NCBI GenBank assembly: GCA_964459195.1 | Contig: CAYWNB010000004.1 | Location: 2,639-49,215, forward strand | From: an uncultured Desulfobacula sp. | GTDB taxonomy: Bacteria > Desulfobacterota > Desulfobacteria > Desulfobacterales > Desulfobacteraceae | DNA: 46,577 nt | Direction of reading: 5' to 3' | Shown here: in pieces, positions 1 through 9,925 of the stretch | How the letters are laid out: every line of letters starts with the position of its first letter | Position numbering within the stretch: position 1 is the stretch's first letter | Program-made: the position numbers and the translations under genes | The notes under the pieces: generated by a model | Told to the model about the DNA's origin: nothing | Database searches by the model: none | Seen by the model: only the letters and a program-made list of their open reading frames with translations

Positions 1-1
1 A

Positions 2-3000
2 AGCATCCACCTTGCTGAGCAATGAATCATCATCATACCAATTGAGTTTTATGGCTTTTGCCGGGCATTCCGATGCACACACCCCGCATCCCTGGCACAG
101 CGCCGGATCGATGTAGGAAACCCCCATCTCATTAATCACCGGCACATGATAGGGACAAGACCGGACACAGACCAGACAGGATGCGCAATTGTCCTGGTTT
201 ACTTCCGCTGTGACCGCACTCAGGGTCAAATATTCCTGGGCAAGAAATGTCGTGGCCCTGGACGCCGCTGCCATTGCCTGGGCAATGGTCTCGGTTATCA
301 ACTTAGGTCCGTGGGCCGTACCGCAGATAAACACTCCTTCTGTTCCCCCATCCACCGGCCGGAGCTTGACATGGGCCTCCATGAAAAACCCTTCGGGATT
401 GCGCTGGGCTTTGATGATGGTGGCCAGTTCTCCCGTGTCCGCAGCCGTAACCCCGGCACTCAAGACCACAAGGTCTGCGTCGGCTTCAAGCTTCTGACCC
501 AGGATATGGTCCCTGAAGGTGACGGTCATCTTGCCGCCTTCTCCTTTTTCCACCACCGGCGGCTGATCTTTGTCAAACCGGAAAAAAATCACCCCCATGT
601 TCCTGGCCTTTGTGTAGAATTCTTCCATCATGCTGTACATTCTCATGTCACGATAGAGGATAAACACATTGGTTTCAGGCATTTTTTCCTTGATGGCAAT
701 GGCATTTTTCACGGCATTCTGGCAGCAGATCCGGGAACAATTGGGATTCTCCTCGCTTCTGGATCCCACACACTGAATCATGATCACCTGATCCAGCGCC
801 TTGGATTCTCCCTCTCCAAAGGAATCTGCTTCAATCATGTCGGCAAGTTCCAGCTGGGTGACAACACAATTGCTTTCATTGTATAAAAATTCGGTTGGTT
901 TGTATTCAGTGGCACCAGTGGCAACGATCATCACCCCATGGTCAATTTTCCGTTGTGCCATGGAAGACCCGACCAGCACTTCAGTGTTAAAATTGCCTTT
1001 ATAACCGCCAAATTCCACAATCAATGCCTGTTTGAGCACATCAATGTTGTCATGGTCTTCGACCCCCTTCACAAGTTCCGTTACATAGGCCCTGATATCA
1101 TCCCCCTCAATGGTGTGATGAAGATGTCTGCCAAGACCGCCCAGAACATCTTGTTTTTCAACCAGGGTCACATGGAATCCCTGGTCGGCAAGGCCCTTGG
1201 CAGCCGTCATACCCGCAATACCGCCGCCGACCACCAGGGCTTTGTCAATGATGGTGATCCGCTTGTCATGGAGAGGCCCCAGGGTGGCAACCCGTGCCAC
1301 AGCCATTCGGATCAAATCCTTGGCCTTGGCCGTGGCCTGCTCTGGTTCATGAAAATGCATCCAGGCGTCCTGGTTTCTGATATTGGCCATTTCAAACAGG
1401 TATTTGTTTAAACCTGCTTCCTCCAGGGTATCCATGAAAATCCCTTCATGGGTTTTGGGGGTACACGAGGCCACCACCACCCGGTTGAGCTGATGTTCGT
1501 CAATGAGTTCTTTTATGGAAACCTGGGTATCCTGGGAACAGGTGAACAAATTCTCACCGGTATAGACCACATTGGGAAGATTTTTACTATACCGTTCCAA
1601 CTCGTCCACATCAATGATTCCGGCAATGTTAATCCCGCATTTGCAGACAAAAACCCCAATTCTGGGTTCTTCCCCCAGCACATCCCTTTCTTCGGGCATG
1701 GAAACCGTCTTTGTCAGAGTATGGCGGGCTGCTGCCAGATGGATACCGGCGGCACCGGCGGCGCCTGATGCTTCAGTGATGGAAGAGGGAATATCCTTGG
1801 GTCCCTGGAAGGTTCCGGACACAAAAACCCCGGGTCTGGAGGTTGCCAAAGGTGTAAAAGTGTCGGTCTTGACAAAATTATATTTATCCAGGTCCACCCC
1901 GATGCGATTGGCAAGGTCAACACTGGCCTTGGGAATGGTCAGCCCCACGGACAGGATGACCATGTCAAAAACTTCCTTGTGCATCCCCCCTTCTTCGTCG
2001 GCATATTTTAAAATTAAATTGTCCGTACCCGGCTCTTCCACCACGGAGTGGATCCGGGATTTGATAAATCTCACCCCCTCCTGGTCTGCAGCCCGATTAT
2101 AATATTTTTCATAGTCCTTGCCGAATGTCCGCATATCCATATTAAAGATGGCCGCATCCAGTTCTTTTTCCGAATGCTCCTTGGCAATCATGGCATCCTT
2201 GATGGCATACATGCAGCAGACCGAAGAACAATACCCGTTTCCGCACCGATTGGTATCCCTGGAGCCGATACACTGGAGCCAGGCAATCTTTTCCGGTTCT
2301 TTTTCATCGGAAGGCCGGACCAGATGTCCCATGGTAGGGCCGCCGGCGGACAGGATCCGCTCAAACTCAAGGGAGGTCATGACATTCTTGGACCGCTTGT
2401 ACATGTAGGTATCATCCATGTCCGACGGGTCAAAAGTGGTGGCCCCGGTGGTCATGATAACAGACCCCACTGAAACATCCCTTATCCGTGGCTGCTGGTC
2501 GTGATCCACCGCTCCTGCCAGGCAGACCTCCACACATTGGTAACATTCCGAGCAGATACCGCAGGACAGGCAGCGAGCCGCTTCCCTGTCAATGGCCTCT
2601 CTGGCAAGCCCCAACGTAACTTCCGCAAAATTGCCTTCCCGATCTTCCACAGAAATCTTTTCCGGGGTTTCCCGGGGCAGACGGGGCACATCAATAATCT
2701 CGGGTTTTTCAAACTCATAGCTTTTTTCCCGGCCCTCAGTGAGGTCCAACCCGTTTATAAACCGGTGCATGCTTTCGGCGGCTGTTTTGCCTGAAGCGAT
2801 GGCATCCACAACTGATTTGGGTCCGTAAAAAGCGTCCCCCCCCGCAAAGACCCAGTCAATGGGGGTCTGGAGCGTAAGAGGATCGGCTTTATACCCGCCG
2901 GGCGGGGTGAGGGAGATCCCTTCCTTATCTGCAAATTCAAGTTCCCCTGCCTGGCCGATGGCCACAATCACGATGTCGGCCTCGTGGGAGTTCAGCTTGC

Positions 3001-4447
3001 AGTCATCAAACTGAGGGTTAAACCTTCCGTTTTCATCAAAGACAGCCGTACATTCCTGGAAGGACACCTCTTCCACCCGTCCATTGGTTCCGTAAAAACC
3101 GATGGGGCCCTGGCTGTTAACAATTTTCACCCGTTCTTCCAGGGCTTCTTCAATCTCATAATCCCAGGCCGGCATTTCGTCTCGTTTTTCAAGACAAACC
3201 ATGGTGACATCCTCTGATCCCAGTCGCCTTGCCGTCAGGGCCACGTCAACGGCCACATTACCGCCGCCGATGACCACCACCCTGCCCGTGAGTTTGTCAG
3301 CCTTGCCCATGGCGGCATCCCTCAAGAAGTTTGTTCCCTTGAGTACGCCCTCAAGGTCTTCGCCCTTGACCCCAAGCGCCCTGGAACCATGAAGACCGGT
3401 TGCCATGAACACAGAGGCATAGCCCTCTCGTTTAAGGCTTTCCAGGGTAATATCCTTTCCAAATTCAACGGAAGTTTTGATCACAACCCCTAGTCGTTCA
3501 ATCACATCAATCTCTCGTCCCAACTCTGCTTTGGGCAGCCGGTATTCGGGAATCCCCACCGCCATCATCCCGCCTTTGACCGGCAATTTTTCAAATATGG
3601 TTACCCCATACCCTTTTTGGACCAGATAATAGGCAGCAGTGAGCCCTGCGGGTCCTGATCCCACAATGGCGATTTTTTCGTCCCGCTCGTCTGCAATCTC
3701 CGGAAGCCAGGGGTCATCGCCTTCCAGATCCAACTCCGCCAGATACCGATGAAGGTATTGGATGGCCAGGGGCTGATCGGCATCTCCCCTGGTACAAACC
3801 GCCTCACAGGGATGATGGCATACCCTTCCGCAGGAACCGGGAAAGGGATGTTCCTGTTTAAACAGCTTTAAGGCTTCATGGTATTTTCCCTGGCCCATGA
3901 GGGCGATAAATCCCTGGATGGACACATGGGCAGGACAGGTTGCCTTACACGGGGCAATGGAACGTTTGGAGATGCCGTAGGCACCGGGTATGGCCTGCTC
4001 ATATTGTTTGAAGATGGCTTTGCGGGGCGCAAGCCCCTCGTTGTGTTCACTTATCGTATCAACGGGACATACTTTGGTACATTCCCCGCAGGAGGTACAT
4101 TTTGAAATATCAACAAACCGTGGACTTTCTTTGATCTTGGCCGTGAAATTCCCCTGTTCACCATCCAATTCCAAAAGTTCCGTATTTGTTAACAACTCAA
4201 TGTTCAGATGCCGGCCGACCTCGACCAGTTTGGGTGAGATAACTCACATGGTGCAGTCATTGGTTGGAAATGTCTTGTCCAACCGGGCCATCATACCACC
4301 GATGGCGTATGATTTTTCGACCAGATAAACATAATATCCTGAATTTGCCAAATCAATGGCCGACTGCATTCCTGCAATACCGCCGCCAAGAACCATGACC
4401 GCACCTGCAAGATCTTTGTTGGGTGTCACCTTTTGCGTCATTCTCAA
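2..4447 (-). CDS. hdrA: Giant HdrA-like / GltD(NfnB)-like / HdrA-like fusion flavo-iron-sulfur oxidoreductase with an in-frame UGA (Sec). It is partial: the C-terminus lies beyond the window start.
   Basis: By hand translation, the minus-strand frame is open from 4243 down to position 2 and is the same frame as track ORF 4244..4447. Motifs seen in order: [17 protein letters not shown] (FAD fold); [11 protein letters not shown]-[TGA][13 protein letters not shown] (HdrA DCSMC motif); [13 protein letters not shown]; [22 protein letters not shown] plus [17 protein letters not shown] (GltD/NfnB-like); [23 protein letters not shown]; a second FAD fold [17 protein letters not shown]; [20 protein letters not shown]; and terminal [13 protein letters not shown] / [12 protein letters not shown] ferredoxin motifs. 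At least 1482 codons lie in the window. Confidence 0.85.
4244..4246 (-). other. In-frame UGA, predicted selenocysteine codon (residue 68) of the HdrA-like protein
   Basis: TGA sits where HdrA proteins carry the last Cys of the DCSMC motif, and the frame stays open for more than 1400 codons afterwards. Confidence 0.75.
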
Positions 4448-4497
4448 ACCTCCTAACCGTTTAGTATAGCCGCATTAAATTTTAAGCTATGGCCTGG

Positions 4498-4529
4498 AAC
4501 ACTTGCTTGTATGCAAGCAACACTTGCTT
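4498..4529. promoter_or_regulatory. Candidate regulator-binding array: 11-nt direct repeat AACACTTGCTT (4498-4508 and 4519-4529) flanking the perfect palindrome TTGCTTG-TATG-CAAGCAA (4503-4520)
   Basis: Read directly from the sequence. The array lies 50-80 nt upstream of the HdrA-like start codon (4447, minus strand). A TATACT hexamer (minus strand, 4463-4468) lies between it and the start. Confidence 0.35.
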
Positions 4530-4652
4530 CGGAGCAGAGGGCTGAAACAAAAGTCCGGTGCATGAAAAAGAGTCCATCAACCGGGCTCAAGATAATGATT
4601 CACCAAGCGAAAAAGAGAAAGAAGAAAATAACCCGCAATTAGCAACCGAACG

Positions 4653-4715
4653 AAAAAAAAATCGGCTATCCTGCACCCGAACTAACAATTCCCGAGTCCG
4701 AAGCCGATTTTTTTT
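4653..4715. other. A9 - 7-bp stem (ATCGGCT...AGCCGAT) - T8 symmetric hairpin; terminator or attenuator-like on either strand, with a large ~34-nt loop
   Basis: The sequence reads aaaaaaaaatcggct...agccgatttttttt in the noncoding region upstream of the HdrA-like gene. Confidence 0.3.
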
Positions 4716-4958
4716 GTATACGCTTTGTTGGACCGGCATATCCTGCCGATCATTTTTATTATATAGGTGCATCCCTTGTGCACAATACGACAAGAATCTA
4801 TTGGTCACCTCTTCTTAATATTAAAAAGTGGTCTGATGAAACAAACTGCCTCCTGAAATAAAGATAGAGTCTTTATTTCCCCCTATCTCTAATTAAAAAA
4901 ATGGTATTTCTTTGTCAAGAATTATTTATTTTACTCAAGTTTCAAACCGAAGGAAAAC

Positions 4959-5017
4959 GGGGTCAGGCTTGCGTTATTGTGCTTTTGTTAAAAGCACAAT
5001 AACGCAAGCCTGACCCC
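4959..5017 (-). terminator. Perfect 28-bp-stem hairpin with a 3-nt loop, immediately downstream of the ampG-like gene; likely an intrinsic terminator or palindromic element
   Basis: ggggtcaggcttgcgttattgtgctttt-gtt-aaaagcacaataacgcaagcctgacccc. The arms are exact reverse complements. On the minus strand it is followed by the U-rich ccgttttccttcggttt. Confidence 0.6.
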
Positions 5018-5028
5018 TTCCATGAAAT

Positions 5029-6582
5029 TTACAATGAATCGGTGTTTTCTTTCATGCCCAGATATTTCCCGCTCAGCCAGACAAGAATCAACACAGGAAC
5101 ACCAATCAGTGCGGTAATGAGAAAAAAAGTAGAATACCCCAGGGTATCAACGATGGTGCCGGAATAACCACCGAAAACCTTGGGGACCAAGGTCATTAAA
5201 GAGGTAAAAATTGCATATTGGATGGCCGTGAATCTAATATTGGTGAGGCTTGACAAAAAGGCCACAAAGGCTGCGCTTGCAAGCCCTCCTGCCAGGTTGT
5301 CGGCGGAGATGACAAGATATAGCATGGGTAAATTATGCCCCATACCGGCCAGGGCCATGAACAGCAAATTGGTCAAAGAAGAGAGCAAAGCCCCCATGAA
5401 TAAAATTTTGAGCACCCCGTATCGAATGGACAAAAACCCTCCCAAAAACCCACCTGCAATGGTCATAAAAAGACCGAATGTTTTTACCACACTTGCAATT
5501 TCTATCTTTGTAAAGCCAAGATCCTGGTAAAAAACATTGGAAATAACCCCCAATACAATATCCGAGATTCGGTAGAGGCCGATTAAAGCCAGTATCAGCC
5601 AGGCAAGAAAAACCCCATACCGGTTAAAAAAATCAGCGACAGGAGCAAGATAGCTGTCTATCACCATTCGTTTATTCACTGCGCCCATTGCCATGGCAAT
5701 TTTTCCAATGACAGCGGCCACGCAGATGCCTGAACCAAGCCGGACAACTTCAACCAGAAGTCCTGCAAGGGGCTTGTTGTTCAAAAAGAGCCCCATACTT
5801 TTTTTCAACCCCGCAGCCATGTCCGCAGTAAAATGGAAGGTCAGGACAAACCCGCCTACTGCCAGGGCAAACAGGAATAAAGATCCCAGATAATCCTTTG
5901 GTGTATAAGTTTTTCCTTCAATTTCTTCAGCCCCGGGTTCGGACACAAGCAATGCCGTAATAATGCCCACCAGCATGAAAGCCGCCATGATGCAATAGGT
6001 GATCTGCCATGCTTGATATATATAATTTCCCTTTATGGATCCAAATAACTGTGCCAGGAACAGGGCACCGGCACCGGCAACCAGCATGCCGATCCGATAA
6101 CCGCCAATATATGCTGACGCCATCAGGGCCTGGAGATCAATGTCAGCCGATTCTATTCTGTAAGCATCAATGACAATATCCTGGGTTGCCGAAGAAAAAC
6201 CAAGCATGACAGCTGCCATTGCCATGATCGTCAATGGATATTGGCCCGATGCAGGATCTGTGAATGCCATCCACAAGATGGCTGCTATAACACCTGTCTG
6301 GGCCGCTATTATCCAGCTTCTCCTGCGCCCTAACAACCTTGTGAAAAAAGGGATGGGCAGCCGGTCCACCAAAGGCGCCCATACAAATTTGAATGAATAT
6401 CCCAGTGCTGCCCAGCTAAAAAAAGTAACAGCCGATCGTTCGACCCCAGCCTCCCTTAGCCATAGAGAAAGGGATGAAAAAATCAATAAAATGGGCAGGC
6501 CTGCAGAAAATCCGAAAAAAACCATGGTGACAACCCGGGGATGAAAAAAGGACTGCATCGATTCTTGCCAATTACGCATCAT
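5029..6582 (-). CDS. ampG: AmpG-family MFS permease (muropeptide/beta-lactamase-induction signal transducer family)
   Basis: 517-aa polytopic protein. The N-terminus FFGFSAGLPILLIFSSLSLWLREAGVERSAVTFFSWAALGYSFKFVWAPLVDR is characteristic of AmpG. Confidence 0.8.
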   Translation of the reverse strand: MMRNWQESMQSFFHPRVVTMVFFGFSAGLPILLIFSSLSLWLREAGVERSAVTFFSWAALGYSFKFVWAPLVDRLPIPFFTRLLGRRRSWIIAAQTGVIAAILWMAFTDPASGQYPLTIMAMAAVMLGFSSATQDIVIDAYRIESADIDLQALMASAYIGGYRIGMLVAGAGALFLAQLFGSIKGNYIYQAWQITYCIMAAFMLVGIITALLVSEPGAEEIEGKTYTPKDYLGSLFLFALAVGGFVLTFHFTADMAAGLKKSMGLFLNNKPLAGLLVEVVRLGSGICVAAVIGKIAMAMGAVNKRMVIDSYLAPVADFFNRYGVFLAWLILALIGLYRISDIVLGVISNVFYQDLGFTKIEIASVVKTFGLFMTIAGGFLGGFLSIRYGVLKILFMGALLSSLTNLLFMALAGMGHNLPMLYLVISADNLAGGLASAAFVAFLSSLTNIRFTAIQYAIFTSLMTLVPKVFGGYSGTIVDTLGYSTFFLITALIGVPVLILVWLSGKYLGMKENTDSL

Positions 6583-6686
6583 TTGTATTTTTCCATTTTT
6601 TTATAAAGAAAAGGAAGCTATGGGGATTAAGGTATCAAATTAAAATATCAGATTAACCTGTCAAATTTAAAGATCTGGTTAACATA

Positions 6687-7541
6687 TCAGAGAGTAATTT
6701 CATAATTATAGGGAACGGCAAAGCAATCAATTGCCTGGGTATTATTCACCTGTGCATTGGTTTTAAACACATGGGTGCAGTCTTGTACGATGGCATCCAT
6801 ATCATCGTCGGTCCTGTCCTGGTTCAAATGGATCAGGCCCAGTCGTTTAACCCCAGCCTTTGCAGCCAGGTCCATGACATCGGGGATGGAGGAGTGACCC
6901 CACCCGGTCTTCCGGACATATTCACTTTTTGTGTACTCAGCATCATGCAATAAAAGATCGGCATTTTCTGCAAATTTGATATAGTCCGAAAGCTTTTGGC
7001 TCTGGGGATGGGCAAACCCAAGTTCATTGTCCGTTAAAAAAACAAAATTTTTACCCTCTTCTGTAAATTTATACCCCAGACTTCCTTCAGAATGGCTTGT
7101 GAGAATTGAATCTACGGTCAAAGAACCGATATTAAAACTGCCGGTCAAGGAGGTATCAAACTGGATATCGGCAGGCAGATCTTTTAGCTGAACAGGGAAA
7201 AAAGGAGGCTTCAGGACTTCATTTAATACCCCTTTTGTATCAAAACTCCCAAATTTCCGGTCCTGAAAAATGATCCGGGTTTTCCGATAAAGCAAGGGTT
7301 TGAAAAATGCAATCCCCAGAATATGGTCCCAATGCGTATGGGTGAGCAGCAAGGTGTAGTCAGAAATATTGCGCCTCAAAAGGGAATTGCCAAGCCGACG
7401 GATCCCTGTGCCGGCGTCGATGATAACGGTTTCCCCTGTTTTTGCCTGAATTTCGATACAGGTGGTATCTCCTCCATACCGTACATATTGCTGTCCTGAT
7501 ACAGATATTGATCCCCTGGACCCCCAACATTTAATAAACAT
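6687..7541 (-). CDS. MBL-fold metallo-hydrolase
   Basis: LLLTHTHWDHILG (HxHxDH motif) in a 284-aa ORF. Confidence 0.8.
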   Translation of the reverse strand: MFIKCWGSRGSISVSGQQYVRYGGDTTCIEIQAKTGETVIIDAGTGIRRLGNSLLRRNISDYTLLLTHTHWDHILGIAFFKPLLYRKTRIIFQDRKFGSFDTKGVLNEVLKPPFFPVQLKDLPADIQFDTSLTGSFNIGSLTVDSILTSHSEGSLGYKFTEEGKNFVFLTDNELGFAHPQSQKLSDYIKFAENADLLLHDAEYTKSEYVRKTGWGHSSIPDVMDLAAKAGVKRLGLIHLNQDRTDDDMDAIVQDCTHVFKTNAQVNNTQAIDCFAVPYNYEITL

Positions 7542-7745
7542 GATTCTCCTGTATCAACCCCAAAGATTAGAATCCATACACAAACTCAACTCCCTACAAT
7601 CTTATGAATCGACACAGAAATCAATATTTTTTTTGATTACCACCAAATTATTGATATTGACAACTGCGTTTATTTTGCTTAGGAAAACCAAGAATATAAA
7701 TCGTACTATACAATAAATCTTATATTTAAAAAGGGGATCTTAAAT

Positions 7746-9593
7746 ATGGCACAGCTAATCGCAGACAGAAGAGATGTGGATTTTGTATTGCATGAACAAA
7801 TTGGAATGGTCGACCATGAACTATTTGAAGAGTTTAATAAAAAAACAGCTGACCTGATCGTATCCGAAGCGAGGAATCTGGCCATTAAAGAAATTTTACC
7901 CACCTTCAAAGATGGGGATGAAATCGGATGTAAGCTTGAAAACGGCAAGGTCACCCTACCCGACTCTTTTAAACGGGCCTGGAAACTTTATTGTGAAGGA
8001 GAATGGCTGGCCATGTGTGACGACCCTATTGTAGGGGGTCAGGGCATGCCAAAGACCATTGGTTGCGCTGCCCTTGAATACATGGTGGGCGCCAATTCGG
8101 CTTTCATGCTCTACTACGGCATGACCCATGGGGCAGCCAAACTGGTTGAAGCCTTTGGGGACGAGGAGCAAAAAAACCTTTATATGAAAAAAATGTTTGC
8201 CGGCGTTTGGGGCGGCACCATGCTGCTCACTGAATCCGAAGCAGGATCGGACGTAGGAGCGCTGGCCACCACCGCCGTAAAAAAAGAAGACGGAACCTAT
8301 GCCATCCAGGGAACCAAAATTTTTATCTCTGCCGGTGAGCATGATCTGTGTGACAATATTATCCACCCGGTCCTTGCCAGGATTGAAGGGGCACCCGCCG
8401 GAACAAAGGGAATATCTTTATTCCTGGTCCCCAAATTTTTGGTGAATGCCGACGGCAGCCTGGGGGCCTTCAACAATGTTGTCTGCACAGGGCTTGAAGA
8501 AAAAATGGGCATCCACGGCAATGCAACGGCCTCCCTTTCCCTGGGGGAAAAGGCAGAATCCATTGGCACCCTGCTCGGAGAAGAGAACAAGGGCATGCCC
8601 GAAATGTTCAAAATGATGAACGAAGCCCGGGCCTTTGTGGGCATGCAGGGGTTTGCTGTGGCTTCTGCCTCGTATATGTATGCACTGGAATATGCCAGGA
8701 CAAGGATCCAGGGAAGGCACCTTACGGCTGGCAAGGATCCTTTGGCCAAAGATGTCGCCATTATCCAGCACCCAGATGTCAAGCGCCAACTGCTCAATAT
8801 GAAAGCCTATACAGAGGGCATGCGGTCCCTGATCTATTATTACGCAAAATGTTCCGACATCGTCCATACCACCGAGGATGAAACCCTGAAAAAAGAAACC
8901 GCCGCTTTAATTGAGGTCTTAACCCCCATCGTCAAGGGCTATATCACGGACAAGTCCCTTGAGGTCTGCTCCCACGGCGTTCAGGTCTACGGTGGTTATG
9001 GGTATGTCCAGGAGTACCCCGTGGAGCAGCTCATGAGGGATACCCGGATCTTCATGATCTATGAAGGCACCAACGGCATCCAGGCCATGGATCTTCTGGG
9101 CCGGAAACTGTCCATGAACCAGGGACGCTCCTTTGACTATTTCATAGCCCAGATTAAAAAAACCATCCAGGATGCGGATGGGATTGAAGGAGTTGAAGAG
9201 ATGACGGCAAAAGTGGCCCATGCCGTATCCCGGCTTGAGGAGGTGGCAACGGTCATCAAGGATCGATCCAGATCAGACCAGGCATTAAATGCCTATGCCT
9301 TTGCCCATCCCTTTCTGGAGGTCACAGGAGACGTCACCTTTGCCTGGATGCATCTTTGGCGGGCCAGCATAGCGGCCCCGAAACTTGCAAAAAAAGTGGG
9401 CAGCCTGGACAAGGACGCTGTTGCGCAAAAAGCACTTAAAAACAAGGATGCGGCTTTTTATGCAGGGCAAATGGCAACGGCCAAATTTTTTATTTCTACC
9501 CTTCTTCCCCAGGCCTATGGTAAGATGGATGCCATTCTTGAGGGAGATACCTGTGTAGAGGATATTCTAGATGTCTCCTTTGGTTCAAAATAA
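7746..9593 (+). CDS. Long-form acyl-CoA dehydrogenase
   Basis: 615 aa with an ACAD-type N-terminal/middle/C-terminal layout (TESEAGSD, YEGTNGIQAMDL) plus a C-terminal extension. Confidence 0.85.
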   Translation: MAQLIADRRDVDFVLHEQIGMVDHELFEEFNKKTADLIVSEARNLAIKEILPTFKDGDEIGCKLENGKVTLPDSFKRAWKLYCEGEWLAMCDDPIVGGQGMPKTIGCAALEYMVGANSAFMLYYGMTHGAAKLVEAFGDEEQKNLYMKKMFAGVWGGTMLLTESEAGSDVGALATTAVKKEDGTYAIQGTKIFISAGEHDLCDNIIHPVLARIEGAPAGTKGISLFLVPKFLVNADGSLGAFNNVVCTGLEEKMGIHGNATASLSLGEKAESIGTLLGEENKGMPEMFKMMNEARAFVGMQGFAVASASYMYALEYARTRIQGRHLTAGKDPLAKDVAIIQHPDVKRQLLNMKAYTEGMRSLIYYYAKCSDIVHTTEDETLKKETAALIEVLTPIVKGYITDKSLEVCSHGVQVYGGYGYVQEYPVEQLMRDTRIFMIYEGTNGIQAMDLLGRKLSMNQGRSFDYFIAQIKKTIQDADGIEGVEEMTAKVAHAVSRLEEVATVIKDRSRSDQALNAYAFAHPFLEVTGDVTFAWMHLWRASIAAPKLAKKVGSLDKDAVAQKALKNKDAAFYAGQMATAKFFISTLLPQAYGKMDAILEGDTCVEDILDVSFGSK

Positions 9594-9616
9594 GGATCAA
9601 AAAACAGGGAGGTCAA

Positions 9617-9925
9617 ATGTTTGAAACCATCAAAAAAAGCGTGTTAACCGGTGTGGGACTGGCCCTGCGATCCAAGGATGAAATCGAGGAACTGGCAAAG
9701 GAGTTTGCCGAACAATCCAAGATGGACCAGACCGAGGCAAAACAATTTCTGAATGAATGTCAGGAAAAATATGAGGATGCCAAGCAAGGGTTCGATAAAA
9801 AAATCGAAGCCGCCATTGAAAAAATATTGAAGAAGCTGGATTTACCGACACGATCAGACATTAAACAGCTGAACCAGCGAATTGACGAATTGACTGAGGA
9901 TTTCAATGGCAAAAATGAAGCATAA
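9617..9925 (+). CDS. Phasin-family / PHA-granule-associated regulator-like coiled-coil protein
   Basis: 102 aa. MFETIKKSVLTGVGLALRSKDEIEELAKEF followed by a coiled coil. It starts 23 nt after the ACAD stop and has a GGGAGG SD. Confidence 0.6.
   Translation: MFETIKKSVLTGVGLALRSKDEIEELAKEFAEQSKMDQTEAKQFLNECQEKYEDAKQGFDKKIEAAIEKILKKLDLPTRSDIKQLNQRIDELTEDFNGKNEA

Noticed and set aside
146-4328. Many plus-strand track ORFs (146..886, 938..1411, 1572..2102, 2048..2473, 3990..4328 and others), plus short minus-strand ORFs in another frame
   Set aside because: They are antisense or off-frame shadows of the single long minus-strand HdrA-like frame. Their translations are low-complexity with no recognisable motifs, whereas the opposite frame shows continuous HdrA/GltD motifs.
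4495-4510. Sigma-54-like TGGAAC...GCTTG on the plus strand
   Set aside because: The GG-to-GC spacing does not fit the -24/-12 consensus (TGGCAC-N5-TTGC). It also points away from the HdrA-like gene, and no downstream plus-strand gene exists.
4911-4923. Exact 13-mer TTTGTCAAGAATT, containing TTGACA on the minus strand, shared upstream of the HdrA-like gene (4911-4923) and of sat (34689-34701). It looked like a common promoter or operator for sulfate-respiration genes.
   Set aside because: By a back-of-envelope estimate (N^2/2 divided by 4^13, with N about 46.6 kb), more than ten exact 13-mer coincidences are expected in a window this size. The putative -10 hexamers at 17-nt spacing (TAATTA, TAAATC) are poor. 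This is not enough to claim a shared regulatory motif without genome-wide enrichment.
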